Shown here: positions 8,898 to 18,505 of the stretch, in pieces
How positions within the stretch are numbered: position 1 is the stretch's first letter
Layout of the letters: every line of letters starts with the position of its first letter
NCBI GenBank assembly: GCA_044222065.1
Contig: JBGAOA010000015.1
Location: 763-64,762, forward strand
Length of the DNA stretch: 64,000 bases
Reading direction: 5' to 3'
Origin: Candidatus Eiseniibacteriota bacterium
GTDB taxonomy: Bacteria; Eisenbacteria; RBG-16-71-46
Notes under the pieces: model-generated
The model's database searches: none
What the model saw: the letters and a program-made list of their open reading frames with translations, nothing else
What the model was told of the DNA's origin: nothing
Translations under genes and position numbers: made by a program

Positions 8898-9647
8898 GTG
8901 AGACGACTCGCCATTGCCGTCGCGCTGGGGCTGGCCGTTGCCGCCGCGTCCGCGTTCGCTTCCACCGCCGGAGACTCGACCGGGCTCGACTACAGCCAGG
9001 TACCCGAGTACCGCATCGTTCCCGGTGACGAGCTCGAACTGAATTTCGGCCCGAAGATCGAGAACGCCTCGGCCGACCTGATCCGAAAGGTCATCGTGCG
9101 TCCGGACGGACGCGTCAGCGTGTTCCCGATCGGCGACGTCATCGCCGGCGGCCGCACGCCGATGGAACTGCAGGCGGCGCTCGAGTCGTTGCTCGCGGCC
9201 GACCTCCGCAACCCGCGTGTCGTCGTCGAGGTCGTGAAGCTCGCCGGCAATCAGGTGCACGTCTTCGGCGTCGTGAAGAAGCCCGGCTCGTACCCGGCGG
9301 ATCCCTACTTCACGCTCGCGCAGGCGATCGCGGCCGCGGGCGGCTTCGATGAAGGCGCGCAGCGCAACCAGGTGCTCGTCGTGCATCGCGACGGCGCGCG
9401 CAACGTGCGCGTCACGCGCGTGGCGCTCGGCAACGCGCTCAAGAAGGGCCGGCTCGAAGCCGACATTCGCCTCTCGCGTTTCGACATCGTCTACGTCCCG
9501 CGCAACACGATCTCGAACATGGATACGTTCCTCCGCCAGGCGCTCGGCGGTGTGTCGACGCTCGCGCAGACGTCGCTCGCGGGGTGGGAGCTGTTCAACC
9601 TCGACCGCGTGTTCGTGACCTCCGCCATCGAGCGGGTGGCGAACTAG
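8898..9647 (+). CDS. wza: Polysaccharide export periplasmic protein (Wza/GumB/KpsD family; Poly_export + SLBB)
   Basis: 'YRIVPGDELELNFG' Poly_export motif and 'VHVFGVVKKPGSYPADPYFTLAQAIAAAGGF' SLBB motif. Signal peptide present. GAGGAG RBS at 8878-8883. Confidence 0.8.
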   Translation: MRRLAIAVALGLAVAAASAFASTAGDSTGLDYSQVPEYRIVPGDELELNFGPKIENASADLIRKVIVRPDGRVSVFPIGDVIAGGRTPMELQAALESLLAADLRNPRVVVEVVKLAGNQVHVFGVVKKPGSYPADPYFTLAQAIAAAGGFDEGAQRNQVLVVHRDGARNVRVTRVALGNALKKGRLEADIRLSRFDIVYVPRNTISNMDTFLRQALGGVSTLAQTSLAGWELFNLDRVFVTSAIERVAN

Positions 9648-9655
9648 GAGAACGC

Positions 9656-11041
9656 ATGTCCACGTTCGATCCCCACGGCACACCCGGAACCTCCGTCGCG
9701 CGCTCGGCCACCGCGCGCGAGTTCCTCGCGGTGGTCTTCCGCCGCAAGTGGATCGTGCTCGGCCTGTTCCTCGTCACCACGGTGACCGCGCTCGCGGTGT
9801 CGTTCAGCCAGAAGCTCGTGTTCATCTCGGGCGGACAGGTGCTCGTGAAGCGCGGTGAGCCGGAGAGCAGCCTCACGCCGACGAAGCGCATCATGGGCCA
9901 GTGGGAAGAGGAGCTCGGCAGCGAGGTCCAGGTCGCGAAGAGTTATCCCGTGATCGAACTCGCGCGCGAGGTGCTCAAGGCCGAGGTCGCCGCCGGGAAG
10001 TCCGCGATCGAGATCGATCCCAGGGCGGTGGACGCCGAAGTCGTCGGCAAGACCAGCGTGCTGGCGATCGGCTACACGGACGCGAATCCGGAGGTCGCCC
10101 AGCGCGTGTGCAACGCGCTGCTCACCGCGTACATCCGGTTCCGTCAGACGGACCTGTCGATGCGCTACCCGCGCGAGTTCTTCGAGCGCGAGCTCGGTCA
10201 GGTGCGGACGGAGCTCGAACGCGTGCAGGCCAGGCGCCGCGACTACGCGCTCCGCCAGAACCTCGTGGACGTGCAGGAGGAGTCGCGCGGCATGATCGCC
10301 CGCCTCAACAGTCTGCTGCAGACGCGCAGCGAGGTCGCCGCGGACCTCGCCGAGGCGCAGGAAGTCCACCGGCGTCAGCGCGAGATGGACGCCGACTCCG
10401 AGATGGACCTGCCGACCTTCTCGCAGGCCTACAGCAACGAAGTCGCACTCGTCGAGATGAAGCGCAAGGTGATCGACGGCGAAACCCGTCTCGCCCTGCT
10501 GCGCGAACGCTTCCGCGAGGAGACGCCCGAGGTGCAGGCCGCGCTGCAATCGCTCGGCACGATGCGCGAGATGCTTCGCAAGGAAGTCGAGGCCCGTCTC
10601 AAGCTCTCGGCCTCGAAGGTGACGACGATGGAAGCGCGCGTCGCGATCTACGACCGCGACATCGCGCAGCTCACGGCCCAGCTGGAGGGGATGCCGATCA
10701 AGGCGGCCGAAGTCGAGGAGATGGACCGCCAGATCAAGCTCTATCGCGAGCGCATCGAGGAACTCGTGAAGAAGTCGGATCAGGCGCTCGTCAACGAGCA
10801 GACGTCGGCGAACGTGACGGCGATCCTGCTCGAACCCGCGGCCCCGTCGCGGCCGGCCAATCCTCGCGATCCCGTGCGCATCGCGCTCGCACCCGCCTTC
10901 AGCCTCGTCGTCGGCATCGGCCTCGCGTTCTTCATCGACGGCCTCGACCTCACCGTGCGGACGGTCGATCACGCCGAGGACGCCGCGCGCATTCCCGTAC
11001 TCGCCGCCGTCACCGAACGGCGCCGCCGTTCCCGCCCGTAG
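9656..11041 (+). CDS. Polysaccharide chain-length determinant / co-polymerase (PCP, Wzc N-terminal-like), no kinase domain
   Basis: N-terminal TM ('WIVLGLFLVTTVTALAV'), a long coiled-coil periplasmic region and a C-terminal TM ('FSLVVGIGLAFFIDGL'). AGGAG RBS at 9646-9650. Confidence 0.8.
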   Translation: MSTFDPHGTPGTSVARSATAREFLAVVFRRKWIVLGLFLVTTVTALAVSFSQKLVFISGGQVLVKRGEPESSLTPTKRIMGQWEEELGSEVQVAKSYPVIELAREVLKAEVAAGKSAIEIDPRAVDAEVVGKTSVLAIGYTDANPEVAQRVCNALLTAYIRFRQTDLSMRYPREFFERELGQVRTELERVQARRRDYALRQNLVDVQEESRGMIARLNSLLQTRSEVAADLAEAQEVHRRQREMDADSEMDLPTFSQAYSNEVALVEMKRKVIDGETRLALLRERFREETPEVQAALQSLGTMREMLRKEVEARLKLSASKVTTMEARVAIYDRDIAQLTAQLEGMPIKAAEVEEMDRQIKLYRERIEELVKKSDQALVNEQTSANVTAILLEPAAPSRPANPRDPVRIALAPAFSLVVGIGLAFFIDGLDLTVRTVDHAEDAARIPVLAAVTERRRRSRP

Positions 11042-11059
11042 CCTCGGAGCCCGAACCGC

Positions 11060-11818
11060 ATGACCCGCATCTTCGAAGCGTTCAAGAAGGCCCAGGCCAC
11101 GCATCCGCCCGCGCCCCTCGAGGCGGCCCGCTCGCATCCGGCCGCGAGCCACGGCTCCGCGGCGCCGGCGCTGCGGCCGAGCGTCCCGGCCGGCATCGTC
11201 CTGCTTCCGCGCGCGGCAACGCTCGAGGGCGACGTCCTGCGCGAGATGACCGCGCTGCGCGTCGCGATCGAAGCCGCGCTGCCGGATCGGACCACCCGTC
11301 TGCTGCTGTTCTCGAGCTCGACGCCGGGCGAAGGCGCGACGACGGTCGCGGTGCAGTTCGCGAACTCGCTCGCCGCGGATCCGCGATGCCGCGTGCTGGT
11401 CGTGGACGCGCACGCGCGCCGGCCGGCGCTCGCGCGCGAGCTCGACCGCCAGCTCCAGGGGCACCGGATCGAGGCCGCCCACGCCGCGCAGGGCTCGCTG
11501 AGCGTGCTCCCGCTCGACCGCGAGCAGCACGCGAGCGGCATCCTCTCGCCGCAGGCGCTGCGCGGGCTCCTCGACTCGGTCGCGGGCTCGTACGACTGGA
11601 TCCTGCTCGACGGGCCGCCGGTGCTCGAGGCGCCCGAAGCGCCTTCGCTCGGCGCCGTCACCGACGGCGTCGTGCTCGTCGTGCGCGCCGGCCGGACGAA
11701 GCGTCCCGTGCTGGCCCGCTCCGTCGACCTCCTGCGTCAGGCGGGCGCGCGGGTGATCGGCACCGTGCTGAACCGCCGCCGCCACGAAATTCCCGGATTC
11801 ATCTACCGCCGCATCTAG
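11060..11818 (+). CDS. BY-kinase-like (CpsD/CapB-type) ATPase partner of the co-polymerase, with a degenerate Walker A
   Basis: Walker A' ('VLVVDAHARRP') and Walker B ('WILLDGPPVLEAPEA') are present. The P-loop reads 'SSTPGEGATTV', so the canonical Lys is Ala. There is no C-terminal Tyr cluster. Confidence 0.7.
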   Translation: MTRIFEAFKKAQATHPPAPLEAARSHPAASHGSAAPALRPSVPAGIVLLPRAATLEGDVLREMTALRVAIEAALPDRTTRLLLFSSSTPGEGATTVAVQFANSLAADPRCRVLVVDAHARRPALARELDRQLQGHRIEAAHAAQGSLSVLPLDREQHASGILSPQALRGLLDSVAGSYDWILLDGPPVLEAPEAPSLGAVTDGVVLVVRAGRTKRPVLARSVDLLRQAGARVIGTVLNRRRHEIPGFIYRRI

Positions 11819-11930
11819 GCCGCGATGCCGCTCCCGTGATCCGCTTCGATCCCTCCGCGAAGCCCGTGACCTCCGCCGAGGAGCGCACGGGCTTTTCCAC
11901 CTCCGGGCGTCGTGGCGCTCGCAGTCTTCG

Positions 11931-13529
11931 GTGCGCGCCGTGACCCGGGGAGGGGTGTTCCACAGCGTCACGCGCGGCGTCTTCTACCTCTCGATCGAGA
12001 AGGGCGCGGCGCTGCTCTCGGGCATCGCGTACTTCGTGCTGCTCCTGCGCTGGATGGGGCCGACGAAGTACGGAATGCTGTCGCTCGCGCTGTCGTTCAC
12101 CGGGCTCGCCACGATGGCGACGGCGAACTTCGAGGTGTACCTCGAACGCTACGCGACCGAGTTCCACCACCGGGGCCAGTTCCGCACGCTGCGACGCGCG
12201 ATGCTCCTCGTGCTGGCGCTCAAGAGCACGCTCGCGGCGATCGCCGCGGCGACGCTCACCGCGCTCGCGCCGACGCTCGCGACCCAGTTCGACATGCCCG
12301 AGCTGCGCACGGTCCTGCCGATCCTCGCCTGGACGGTGCTCACGGACGGCCTGTACATGGCCGGACGCTCCACGCTCTACGGCGTGCAACAGTTCAAGCT
12401 GCTCTCGTTCATCGCGATCGGATTCCACGTCGTCAAGACCGTGATGGTCGGTGCGATGTGGGGGCTGCACTGGGGGCTCGTCGAACTGTGCGTCGGGCTC
12501 ACCGTGATCACGATCGCGCAGGCGATCCTGCAGTTCGTGATTCCGCTCGCCATGCTGCGCGACGCGCGCGACGCGACGCCGGCGTCCGACGCGCCGCCGT
12601 TCGGGCCGCGCGAGATGCTGCGCCAGCTCGTGACCTACTGCGCGCCGCTGCTCGGCGCGCGGCTCACGTTCACGTCGGGCGCGAACCTCGGCAAGGTCGT
12701 GATCGGGAAGCTCTTCACCGCCACCGAGCTCGGCTACTTCTCGTTCGCCTACCAGACGATCGAGCGCTTCGTCGAGCTCATGCAGACGCTGCCGGCATCG
12801 GCCCTGCCCGCGTTCACGCGGCTCGAGGCCGAGGGCGCGCGCGATCGCCTCGACCAGTTCGCGGTCCAGGCGCACCGCGTGATCCAGGTGCTCGCCGCGT
12901 TCACGAGCCTCGCGATCTTCGCGTTCGCGCGCGAGATCACGCTGTTCGGCGGCAGCCCGCTCTTCGAGCCCGCGATCCCGCTGCTGCGCCTGCTCGCGCT
13001 CGTGCCGTTCGTTCGCACGGCCCAGCAGCCGCTCACGATGGCGTTCCAGGCCCTTCGGCAGCCGGGCACGGTGCTGAGGCTCGAGGTGCTCAAGTTCGCG
13101 ATCGAGTTCGGCTGCTACTTCGCGCTCGTGCCGGTGCTCGGCATCGGCGGTCCCGTGTGCGCGAACCTCGTCGCCGCGGTCGTCTCGTACGTCGCGGCGC
13201 TCGCGAGCCTCGCCGTGGCGCTTCCGGGCGGGGCCCGTGCGCGCGCCGCGAACGCCCTGCGCGTCGCCGTCGTGTACGTGCCGCTCGTGCTGCTCGCGTG
13301 GATCGTGTCGGCGAGCCACCTGCCGCTCGCGACGTCGGTCGCGCTGCGCGCGGCGGTCGTCGTGGCGGGCGCGGCGACCGTGTTCCTGTTCGGGCTCGTC
13401 GTGCGCGAGGACGTCGAGCGATTCGCCGACATCCCGCTCGAAAGCGCGTGGATGCGGCGCGCGCAGGCGATCGCGGTGGGCGTCGGGTACCAGCTCACGG
13501 GCGCGCGCCGCTGGGGGAGGACGTCGTGA
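11931..13529 (+). CDS. Wzx-like flippase (MOP / polysaccharide biosynthesis protein family)
   Basis: 532-aa polytopic protein with about 12-14 hydrophobic spans, typical of oligosaccharide-lipid flippases. GTG start. Confidence 0.7.
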   Translation: MRAVTRGGVFHSVTRGVFYLSIEKGAALLSGIAYFVLLLRWMGPTKYGMLSLALSFTGLATMATANFEVYLERYATEFHHRGQFRTLRRAMLLVLALKSTLAAIAAATLTALAPTLATQFDMPELRTVLPILAWTVLTDGLYMAGRSTLYGVQQFKLLSFIAIGFHVVKTVMVGAMWGLHWGLVELCVGLTVITIAQAILQFVIPLAMLRDARDATPASDAPPFGPREMLRQLVTYCAPLLGARLTFTSGANLGKVVIGKLFTATELGYFSFAYQTIERFVELMQTLPASALPAFTRLEAEGARDRLDQFAVQAHRVIQVLAAFTSLAIFAFAREITLFGGSPLFEPAIPLLRLLALVPFVRTAQQPLTMAFQALRQPGTVLRLEVLKFAIEFGCYFALVPVLGIGGPVCANLVAAVVSYVAALASLAVALPGGARARAANALRVAVVYVPLVLLAWIVSASHLPLATSVALRAAVVVAGAATVFLFGLVVREDVERFADIPLESAWMRRAQAIAVGVGYQLTGARRWGRTS

Positions 13530-14251
13530 CCCGCGCGCGCGTGCTCGTCATCGTGCCGGCGCACGACGAGGAGGAGAGCCTGCCCGGAACCCTCGCCGAA
13601 CTCCGCGCCCGCGCGCCCGAGGCGGACGTGCTCGTCGTGGACGACGGGTCGCGCGACCGCACGTCGGCCGTCGCGTCCGGAGCCGGCGCGCCGGTCGTCC
13701 GGCATCCGGTGAACCTGGGCGTCGGCGCCGCGCTCCAGACCGGATTCCGCTGGGCGGTCGAGCGGGGCTACGCCGTCGGCGTCCAGCTCGACGCGGACGG
13801 ACAGCACGATCCCGGGGAACTCGCGGGGCTCGTCGCGCCGGTGCTCGCGGGCGAGTGCGACGTCGCGATCGGCTCGCGCTACGTGCAGCGCTCGGCGTAT
13901 CGTGCGCCGATGGCCCGGCGCCTCGGCATGATCCTGTTCTCGGGTATCGTGCGGCTCGCGCTCGGGCAGCGCATCACCGACACGACCTCGGGCTACCGCG
14001 CCTACTCCCGCCCGGTGATGCAGGTCTGCCAGTGGGACTTTCCCCGCGACTTCCCGGATGCGCCGTTGCTGATCGCGCTCGGGCGCCGCGGTTTCCGGCT
14101 CAAGGAAGTGCCGTCACGCATGCGGGAACGTCACGCCGGGCGGTCGTTCTACACGCTCGGGAAGTCGCTGTACTACCCCTACAAGAATCTCGTCGCGTCG
14201 CTGATGGCCTGGCTGCAGCGGCCGGTCCGCAGACCGGAGGAGCGCCCCTGA
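13526..14251 (+). CDS. GT2 glycosyltransferase (DPM1/GtrB-like)
   Basis: 'VLVIVPAHDEEESL...VLVVDDGSRDRT' and 'QLDADGQHDP'. GTGA overlap at 13526-13529. GGGGGAGG RBS. Confidence 0.8.
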   Translation: MTRARVLVIVPAHDEEESLPGTLAELRARAPEADVLVVDDGSRDRTSAVASGAGAPVVRHPVNLGVGAALQTGFRWAVERGYAVGVQLDADGQHDPGELAGLVAPVLAGECDVAIGSRYVQRSAYRAPMARRLGMILFSGIVRLALGQRITDTTSGYRAYSRPVMQVCQWDFPRDFPDAPLLIALGRRGFRLKEVPSRMRERHAGRSFYTLGKSLYYPYKNLVASLMAWLQRPVRRPEERP

Positions 14252-14628
14252 TGTTCCTGTCCCGTACCCAGGTGATCGTCGCGCTCGGCGCCGTCGCGCT
14301 GGCGTTGTACGTCCTCGACCTCGTTCGCCGCCGCCGGCTCTCGGAGGAGTTCTCGCTCCTGTGGGTCGTGACGACGTTCGTGCTGGCCGTCCTCGGCTTC
14401 TCGACGCCCGTGCTCGTGTGGGTCACCGACGCGCTCGGCATGCTCGGCGAGAGTTCGACCGTGTTCGCGTTCGGACTCGCGTTCGCGCTCGCGATGCTGC
14501 TGTACCTGTCGGTGAAGCTGTCCCGCCTCGGCCACGAGAACGTGCTGCTCACGCGCGAACTCGCGCTGCTCCGGCACGACCTCCAGCGCCTGCGGCCCGC
14601 GGGCGAGGGCCCGGGGGAGGACGCGTGA
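14251..14628 (+). CDS. DUF2304-like small membrane protein (GT2-associated)
   Basis: 125 aa with 3-4 TM segments. It is coupled to the upstream GT2 (TGATG junction) and to the downstream gene (GTGA). Size and topology fit the DUF2304 proteins that accompany DPM1-like GT2 enzymes. Confidence 0.5.
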   Translation: MFLSRTQVIVALGAVALALYVLDLVRRRRLSEEFSLLWVVTTFVLAVLGFSTPVLVWVTDALGMLGESSTVFAFGLAFALAMLLYLSVKLSRLGHENVLLTRELALLRHDLQRLRPAGEGPGEDA

Positions 14629-15629
14629 ACCGTTCGATCAAGCTCGGGCTCGCGATCGCCGTCTCTGCGGTGTGCGTGTGGATCTCGATGCGCGAGGTCC
14701 GCGTCGCGGAGGTGCTCGACGCGCTGCGGCGCGCGAACTGGATGGGCTTCGTCGCCGTGATGGCGCTCACGATCTTCGGCTTCTGGGTGCGCGCGGTGCG
14801 CTGGCGGTCGCTCATCGCCTCGCCGAAGCGGCTCTCGAACGACAGCCTGTTCAGCGCCACGATCATCGGCTTCATGGCGAACAACGTGCTGCCGTTCCGG
14901 CTCGGCGAGTTCGTGCGGCCGTACGTGCTCGCGCGCCGCGAGGGCATGAGCAAGACGACGCTGCTCGCGACCATCGTCGTCGAGCGCGCCGTGGACATGC
15001 TCACGCTGCTCGGCATCCTCGGCATCGCGCTGCTCGTCCACCCGATCTCCGAGGCCACGGCGGCGGGGCGCATGGTGCGCGCCGGGGCCGGAGTGCTGCT
15101 CCTGCTGTGCGTGGCGCTCACGCTGTTCGTCGTGGCGCTCGAGAGTCAGCCGCGTTTCGCTCACGCGGCGATCGCGTTCGCGACCCGCCCGCTGCCCGAG
15201 GGGCTGCGCCGCAAGGTCGGCGAAGCGGCCCAGCACTTCCTCGAGGGGCTCGGCCTGTTCCGCGACCTGCCGCGTCTCGCGTGGGTGTTCGTGATCTCGT
15301 TCGGGATGTTCCTCGTCTACGCGCTCGCGCTCTCGATCAGCATGCGCTCACTCGGCATCGACGTGCCGTGGTACGCGGGCCTCATCATGCTCGTGATCAC
15401 CGCGATCGGCATCATGGTCCCGGCCGCGCCGGGCTACATCGGCACGCTCAATCTCGCGTGCATCGCCGGGCTCGCGCTGTTCGGGATCGGCAAGGACCAC
15501 GCGGTGCCGTTCTCGTGGTTCTACTTCATCAGCCAGTGGCTCCCGATCACGCTCGTCGGCCTCGTGTACCTGAACCGCGAGGGGCTGTCGCTCAAGCACC
15601 TCGGCCAGACGGAGGACGCGGGCGCGTGA
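14625..15629 (+). CDS. UPF0104 / lysyl-phosphatidylglycerol-synthase-TM-like 'flippase-like' membrane protein
   Basis: 334-aa polytopic protein: 'KLGLAIAVSAVCVWISMREV...FGFWVRAVRWRSLI...NNVLPFRLGEFVRPY'. This matches the LPG_synthase_TM / UPF0104 family pattern. Confidence 0.6.
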   Translation: MNRSIKLGLAIAVSAVCVWISMREVRVAEVLDALRRANWMGFVAVMALTIFGFWVRAVRWRSLIASPKRLSNDSLFSATIIGFMANNVLPFRLGEFVRPYVLARREGMSKTTLLATIVVERAVDMLTLLGILGIALLVHPISEATAAGRMVRAGAGVLLLLCVALTLFVVALESQPRFAHAAIAFATRPLPEGLRRKVGEAAQHFLEGLGLFRDLPRLAWVFVISFGMFLVYALALSISMRSLGIDVPWYAGLIMLVITAIGIMVPAAPGYIGTLNLACIAGLALFGIGKDHAVPFSWFYFISQWLPITLVGLVYLNREGLSLKHLGQTEDAGA

Positions 15630-15667
15630 CGCTTCCGGCCCGCTTCGGACCGGGAGGGAGCCCCGAG

Positions 15668-16876
15668 TCAGCGACGGACGTGCGCGACGATCTTGCGGAT
15701 CGCGGCGCACACGTCGTCCACGTCGCGATCGCTCATGCGCGGGAACAGCGGGAGCGTGATCGCGCGGCGGTAGGCGTCCTCGGCGGCCGGGAAGGCGCCC
15801 TCGCCGAGGCGGAGCGTGTCGCGGAAGTGCGGGTGGAAGTGGATCGGGATGAAGTGCACCGACGTCCCGATGTTCTCGGAGCGCAGCTCCTGGATGAACG
15901 CGGCGCGGTCGATCGAGAGCCGCTCGAGCTCGAGCGCGATCGGGTAGAGGTGCCACGCGTGGCTCGCCCCCGCGCGCGTCGAAGGCCGGCGCACCTCGGG
16001 CAGGTCCGCGAGGCCGGCCTCGTAGCGCGCGACGATCGCCGCGCGGCGGCGCTGGAACTCGTCGAAGCGTTCGAGCTGGCCGATGCCGATCGCCGCGAGC
16101 ACGTCGCTCAGGTTGTACTTGAAGCCCGGCGCGACGACCTCGTAGTACCACGAGCCCGCGGCGGTGTAGCGCTTCCACGCGTCGCGGTTCATGCCGTGGA
16201 GCGACAGCACCTGCAGCCGCTCGGCCAGCGCGTCGTCATCCGTGACGGCGGCGCCGCCCTCGCCGGTCGTGAGGTTCTTCGTCGCGTAGAACGAGAACGC
16301 GGTGACGCGTCCGAGCGAGCCGACCGGGCGGCCCTTCCACGCCGCGCCGAGCGCGTGGGCCGCGTCCACGACGAGCGGAACGCCGGTGCGCTCGGACAGC
16401 GGGCCGAGCGCGTCGTAGTCGCAGGGATGGCCGGCGTAGTCGACGGTCAGGATCGCGCGGGTGCGCGGCGTGAGCGCGGCCGCGACGGCGCGCGGATCGA
16501 GGCACAGCGTGTCGGGCTCGACGTCCACGAGCACCGGCTTCGCGCCGACGTGCTCGATGACGTTCACGCACGCGACGAACGTGTAGGTCGAGGTGATGAC
16601 CTCGTCGCCGGGACCCACGCCGAGCGCCGCGAGCGACAGGTGAAGCGCTCCGGTCGCGGAGTTCACCGCGAGGCCGTGACGCGCGCCGCCGATCGCCGCG
16701 ATGCGCCGGCCGAGGTCCTGCGCGTGCTTGCCCGTCGTGATCCAGCCCGACTCGAGCGTCTCGAGCACGAGACGCTTCTCCGTCTCGCCGATCCACGGCA
16801 CGGCGAGCGGCAGGTAGTCGGCGCGGACGGGCGTGCCGCCGCGCGAGGCGAGCGTTTCGGCGGAGGTCGGGTTCAT
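15668..16876 (-). CDS. DegT/DnrJ/EryC1/StrS-family PLP-dependent sugar aminotransferase
   Basis: 'ADYLPLAVPWIGETEKRLVLETLESGWITTG' is ArnB-like. 'FSFYATKNLTTGEGG' carries the PLP-lysine region. The start is either ATG 16876 or the in-frame ATG 16954. Confidence 0.8.
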   Translation of the reverse strand: MNPTSAETLASRGGTPVRADYLPLAVPWIGETEKRLVLETLESGWITTGKHAQDLGRRIAAIGGARHGLAVNSATGALHLSLAALGVGPGDEVITSTYTFVACVNVIEHVGAKPVLVDVEPDTLCLDPRAVAAALTPRTRAILTVDYAGHPCDYDALGPLSERTGVPLVVDAAHALGAAWKGRPVGSLGRVTAFSFYATKNLTTGEGGAAVTDDDALAERLQVLSLHGMNRDAWKRYTAAGSWYYEVVAPGFKYNLSDVLAAIGIGQLERFDEFQRRRAAIVARYEAGLADLPEVRRPSTRAGASHAWHLYPIALELERLSIDRAAFIQELRSENIGTSVHFIPIHFHPHFRDTLRLGEGAFPAAEDAYRRAITLPLFPRMSDRDVDDVCAAIRKIVAHVRR

Positions 16877-17007
16877 GCGTGCGATGAGCGCGGCGCGATT
16901 GTACGGGACGCGCGCGGCCCACACCAGCGTCTCGTCACCGCCGTCCGCGACCACGGTCCGCCGGGAACGCCTCCCGGCCGGCCCGGGCGTTCGTGAGCGG
17001 AGCGCGC

Positions 17008-18504
17008 ATGTCCCCCCGAAAGCTCCTTCGCGACACGATGCTCTTCACGGCGACGCAGTACGTCGTGCGCATGCTGATGATGCTGCGCGGCGTCATCGCC
17101 GCGCGTCTGCTGTCGCCCGCGTCCTACGGCGCCTGGAACGCGCTCCAGCTCGTCCTCGACTACGGCGCGAACGCGCCGCTCGGGACCCAGCAGGGCCTCG
17201 ACCAGGCCGTGCCGGCGCGCATCGTGGACGGGCGGCCCGGGCCGCTCCGCGCGCTGCTCGCGGGCGGATTGTTCAACATCCTGGTGCTGTCGTTCGCGTA
17301 CGCCGCGTACGTGCAGATGTATTTTACGCGCCGGCCCGGCGACATCCGCGACTTCTGGGGCGCCGGGGGAATCGCGCTCGCGCTCGTGTGCGTGCTGCTC
17401 ATCAACGTGTCGAACTACCACACGACCGTCCTGCGCTCGCGCGGAGACATCCGCGGGGTGAGCAACTGGTTCGTCCTGCAGGGGGCGATCGGCGCGCTGC
17501 TCGGCCTCGGACTCGTGCCCTGGCTCGGCGCCTGGGGGCTGCTCGTGGGCTGGGCCGTCGCGAACCTCGTGGCGCTCGCGTACGCCCGCTGGCGCTATCC
17601 GGAGGAGCTCGCCGTCTGGCCGGCGCCGCGCGACGAGTGCGTGCAGCTCGTGCGCGCGGGGTTCCCGATCTTCCTGTACTTCTTCTCGACCATGGTCATG
17701 CGCACGATCGACCGGCTCGTCGTTCTGCGTTTCCTCGGCGCCGAGTCGCTCGGCTACTACGGCATCGCCGTCATGGTGCTCAGCCTGCTGCTCTACCTGC
17801 CGGACTCCGTGTCGTACGTGCTCTATCCGCGCCTGCTGACCGAATACCGCGCCGCGGGCGACGACCCGGCCGCGATTCGCGACCGCGTCGTGCGCGTCGT
17901 GCGTCTGGTCGCGCTGCTCATGCCCCTGCTCGGCGGCGTCGCGTTTCTGCTCGCGCGCCAGCTGCTGCTCGTGTTGCTGCCGGACTACCTCGCAGGCGCC
18001 TCGGCCGTGCGCGTGCTGTGCTTCGCCGCGGCGGCCCTCGCGCTCGCGAGCATCGGCTCGATCACGCTCATGACGCTGCGCCGCCAGGTGCAGCTCGCCG
18101 GCATCGCGCTGCTCGTCACGGTGTTCGGCGTCGCGGCGAACATCGCGGTGCTGCGCGCCGGCTTCGGGCTCCAGGGTGTCGCGTTCGCGACGCTCGGCAC
18201 GTACGGCGTCTACGGCGGAATGCTGCTCTGGTACGCCGGCATCGGGCTGCGGCTGCCCGCGGCGCGGCGCTGGGAGCTGCTGCTGCGCGGGCTCGCGCCG
18301 ACGGTCGTCGGCATCCTGCTCGCCTACCTCGCTCACTCGCTGACGCCGTGGTTCGGGCGCAGCGAGACGCCGCTCCGGATCGCGCGCGTGACGATCAGCG
18401 AACTCGCCTTCGTGGGCGCCTACCTGCTGCTGCTGCTGCCGCTCTGGCGCGGCGTCGGACTGCGCCGGCTCGTCTCCGAGCTGCGCGGCGGAACGGGCGC
18501 CTGA
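17008..18504 (+). CDS. Wzx-like flippase / polysaccharide biosynthesis protein (MOP superfamily)
   Basis: About 500-aa polytopic protein with a typical N-terminus ('LLRDTMLFTATQYVVRMLMMLRGVIAARLLSPASYG'). It is divergent from the DegT-family gene. Confidence 0.7.
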   Translation: MSPRKLLRDTMLFTATQYVVRMLMMLRGVIAARLLSPASYGAWNALQLVLDYGANAPLGTQQGLDQAVPARIVDGRPGPLRALLAGGLFNILVLSFAYAAYVQMYFTRRPGDIRDFWGAGGIALALVCVLLINVSNYHTTVLRSRGDIRGVSNWFVLQGAIGALLGLGLVPWLGAWGLLVGWAVANLVALAYARWRYPEELAVWPAPRDECVQLVRAGFPIFLYFFSTMVMRTIDRLVVLRFLGAESLGYYGIAVMVLSLLLYLPDSVSYVLYPRLLTEYRAAGDDPAAIRDRVVRVVRLVALLMPLLGGVAFLLARQLLLVLLPDYLAGASAVRVLCFAAAALALASIGSITLMTLRRQVQLAGIALLVTVFGVAANIAVLRAGFGLQGVAFATLGTYGVYGGMLLWYAGIGLRLPAARRWELLLRGLAPTVVGILLAYLAHSLTPWFGRSETPLRIARVTISELAFVGAYLLLLLPLWRGVGLRRLVSELRGGTGA

Positions 18505-18505
18505 C

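Noticed and set aside
15630-15667. Possible bidirectional terminator between the convergent genes at 15629 and 15668
   Set aside because: Only a weak 4-5 bp CCGG-based pairing could be drawn, with no convincing stem or U-tract.
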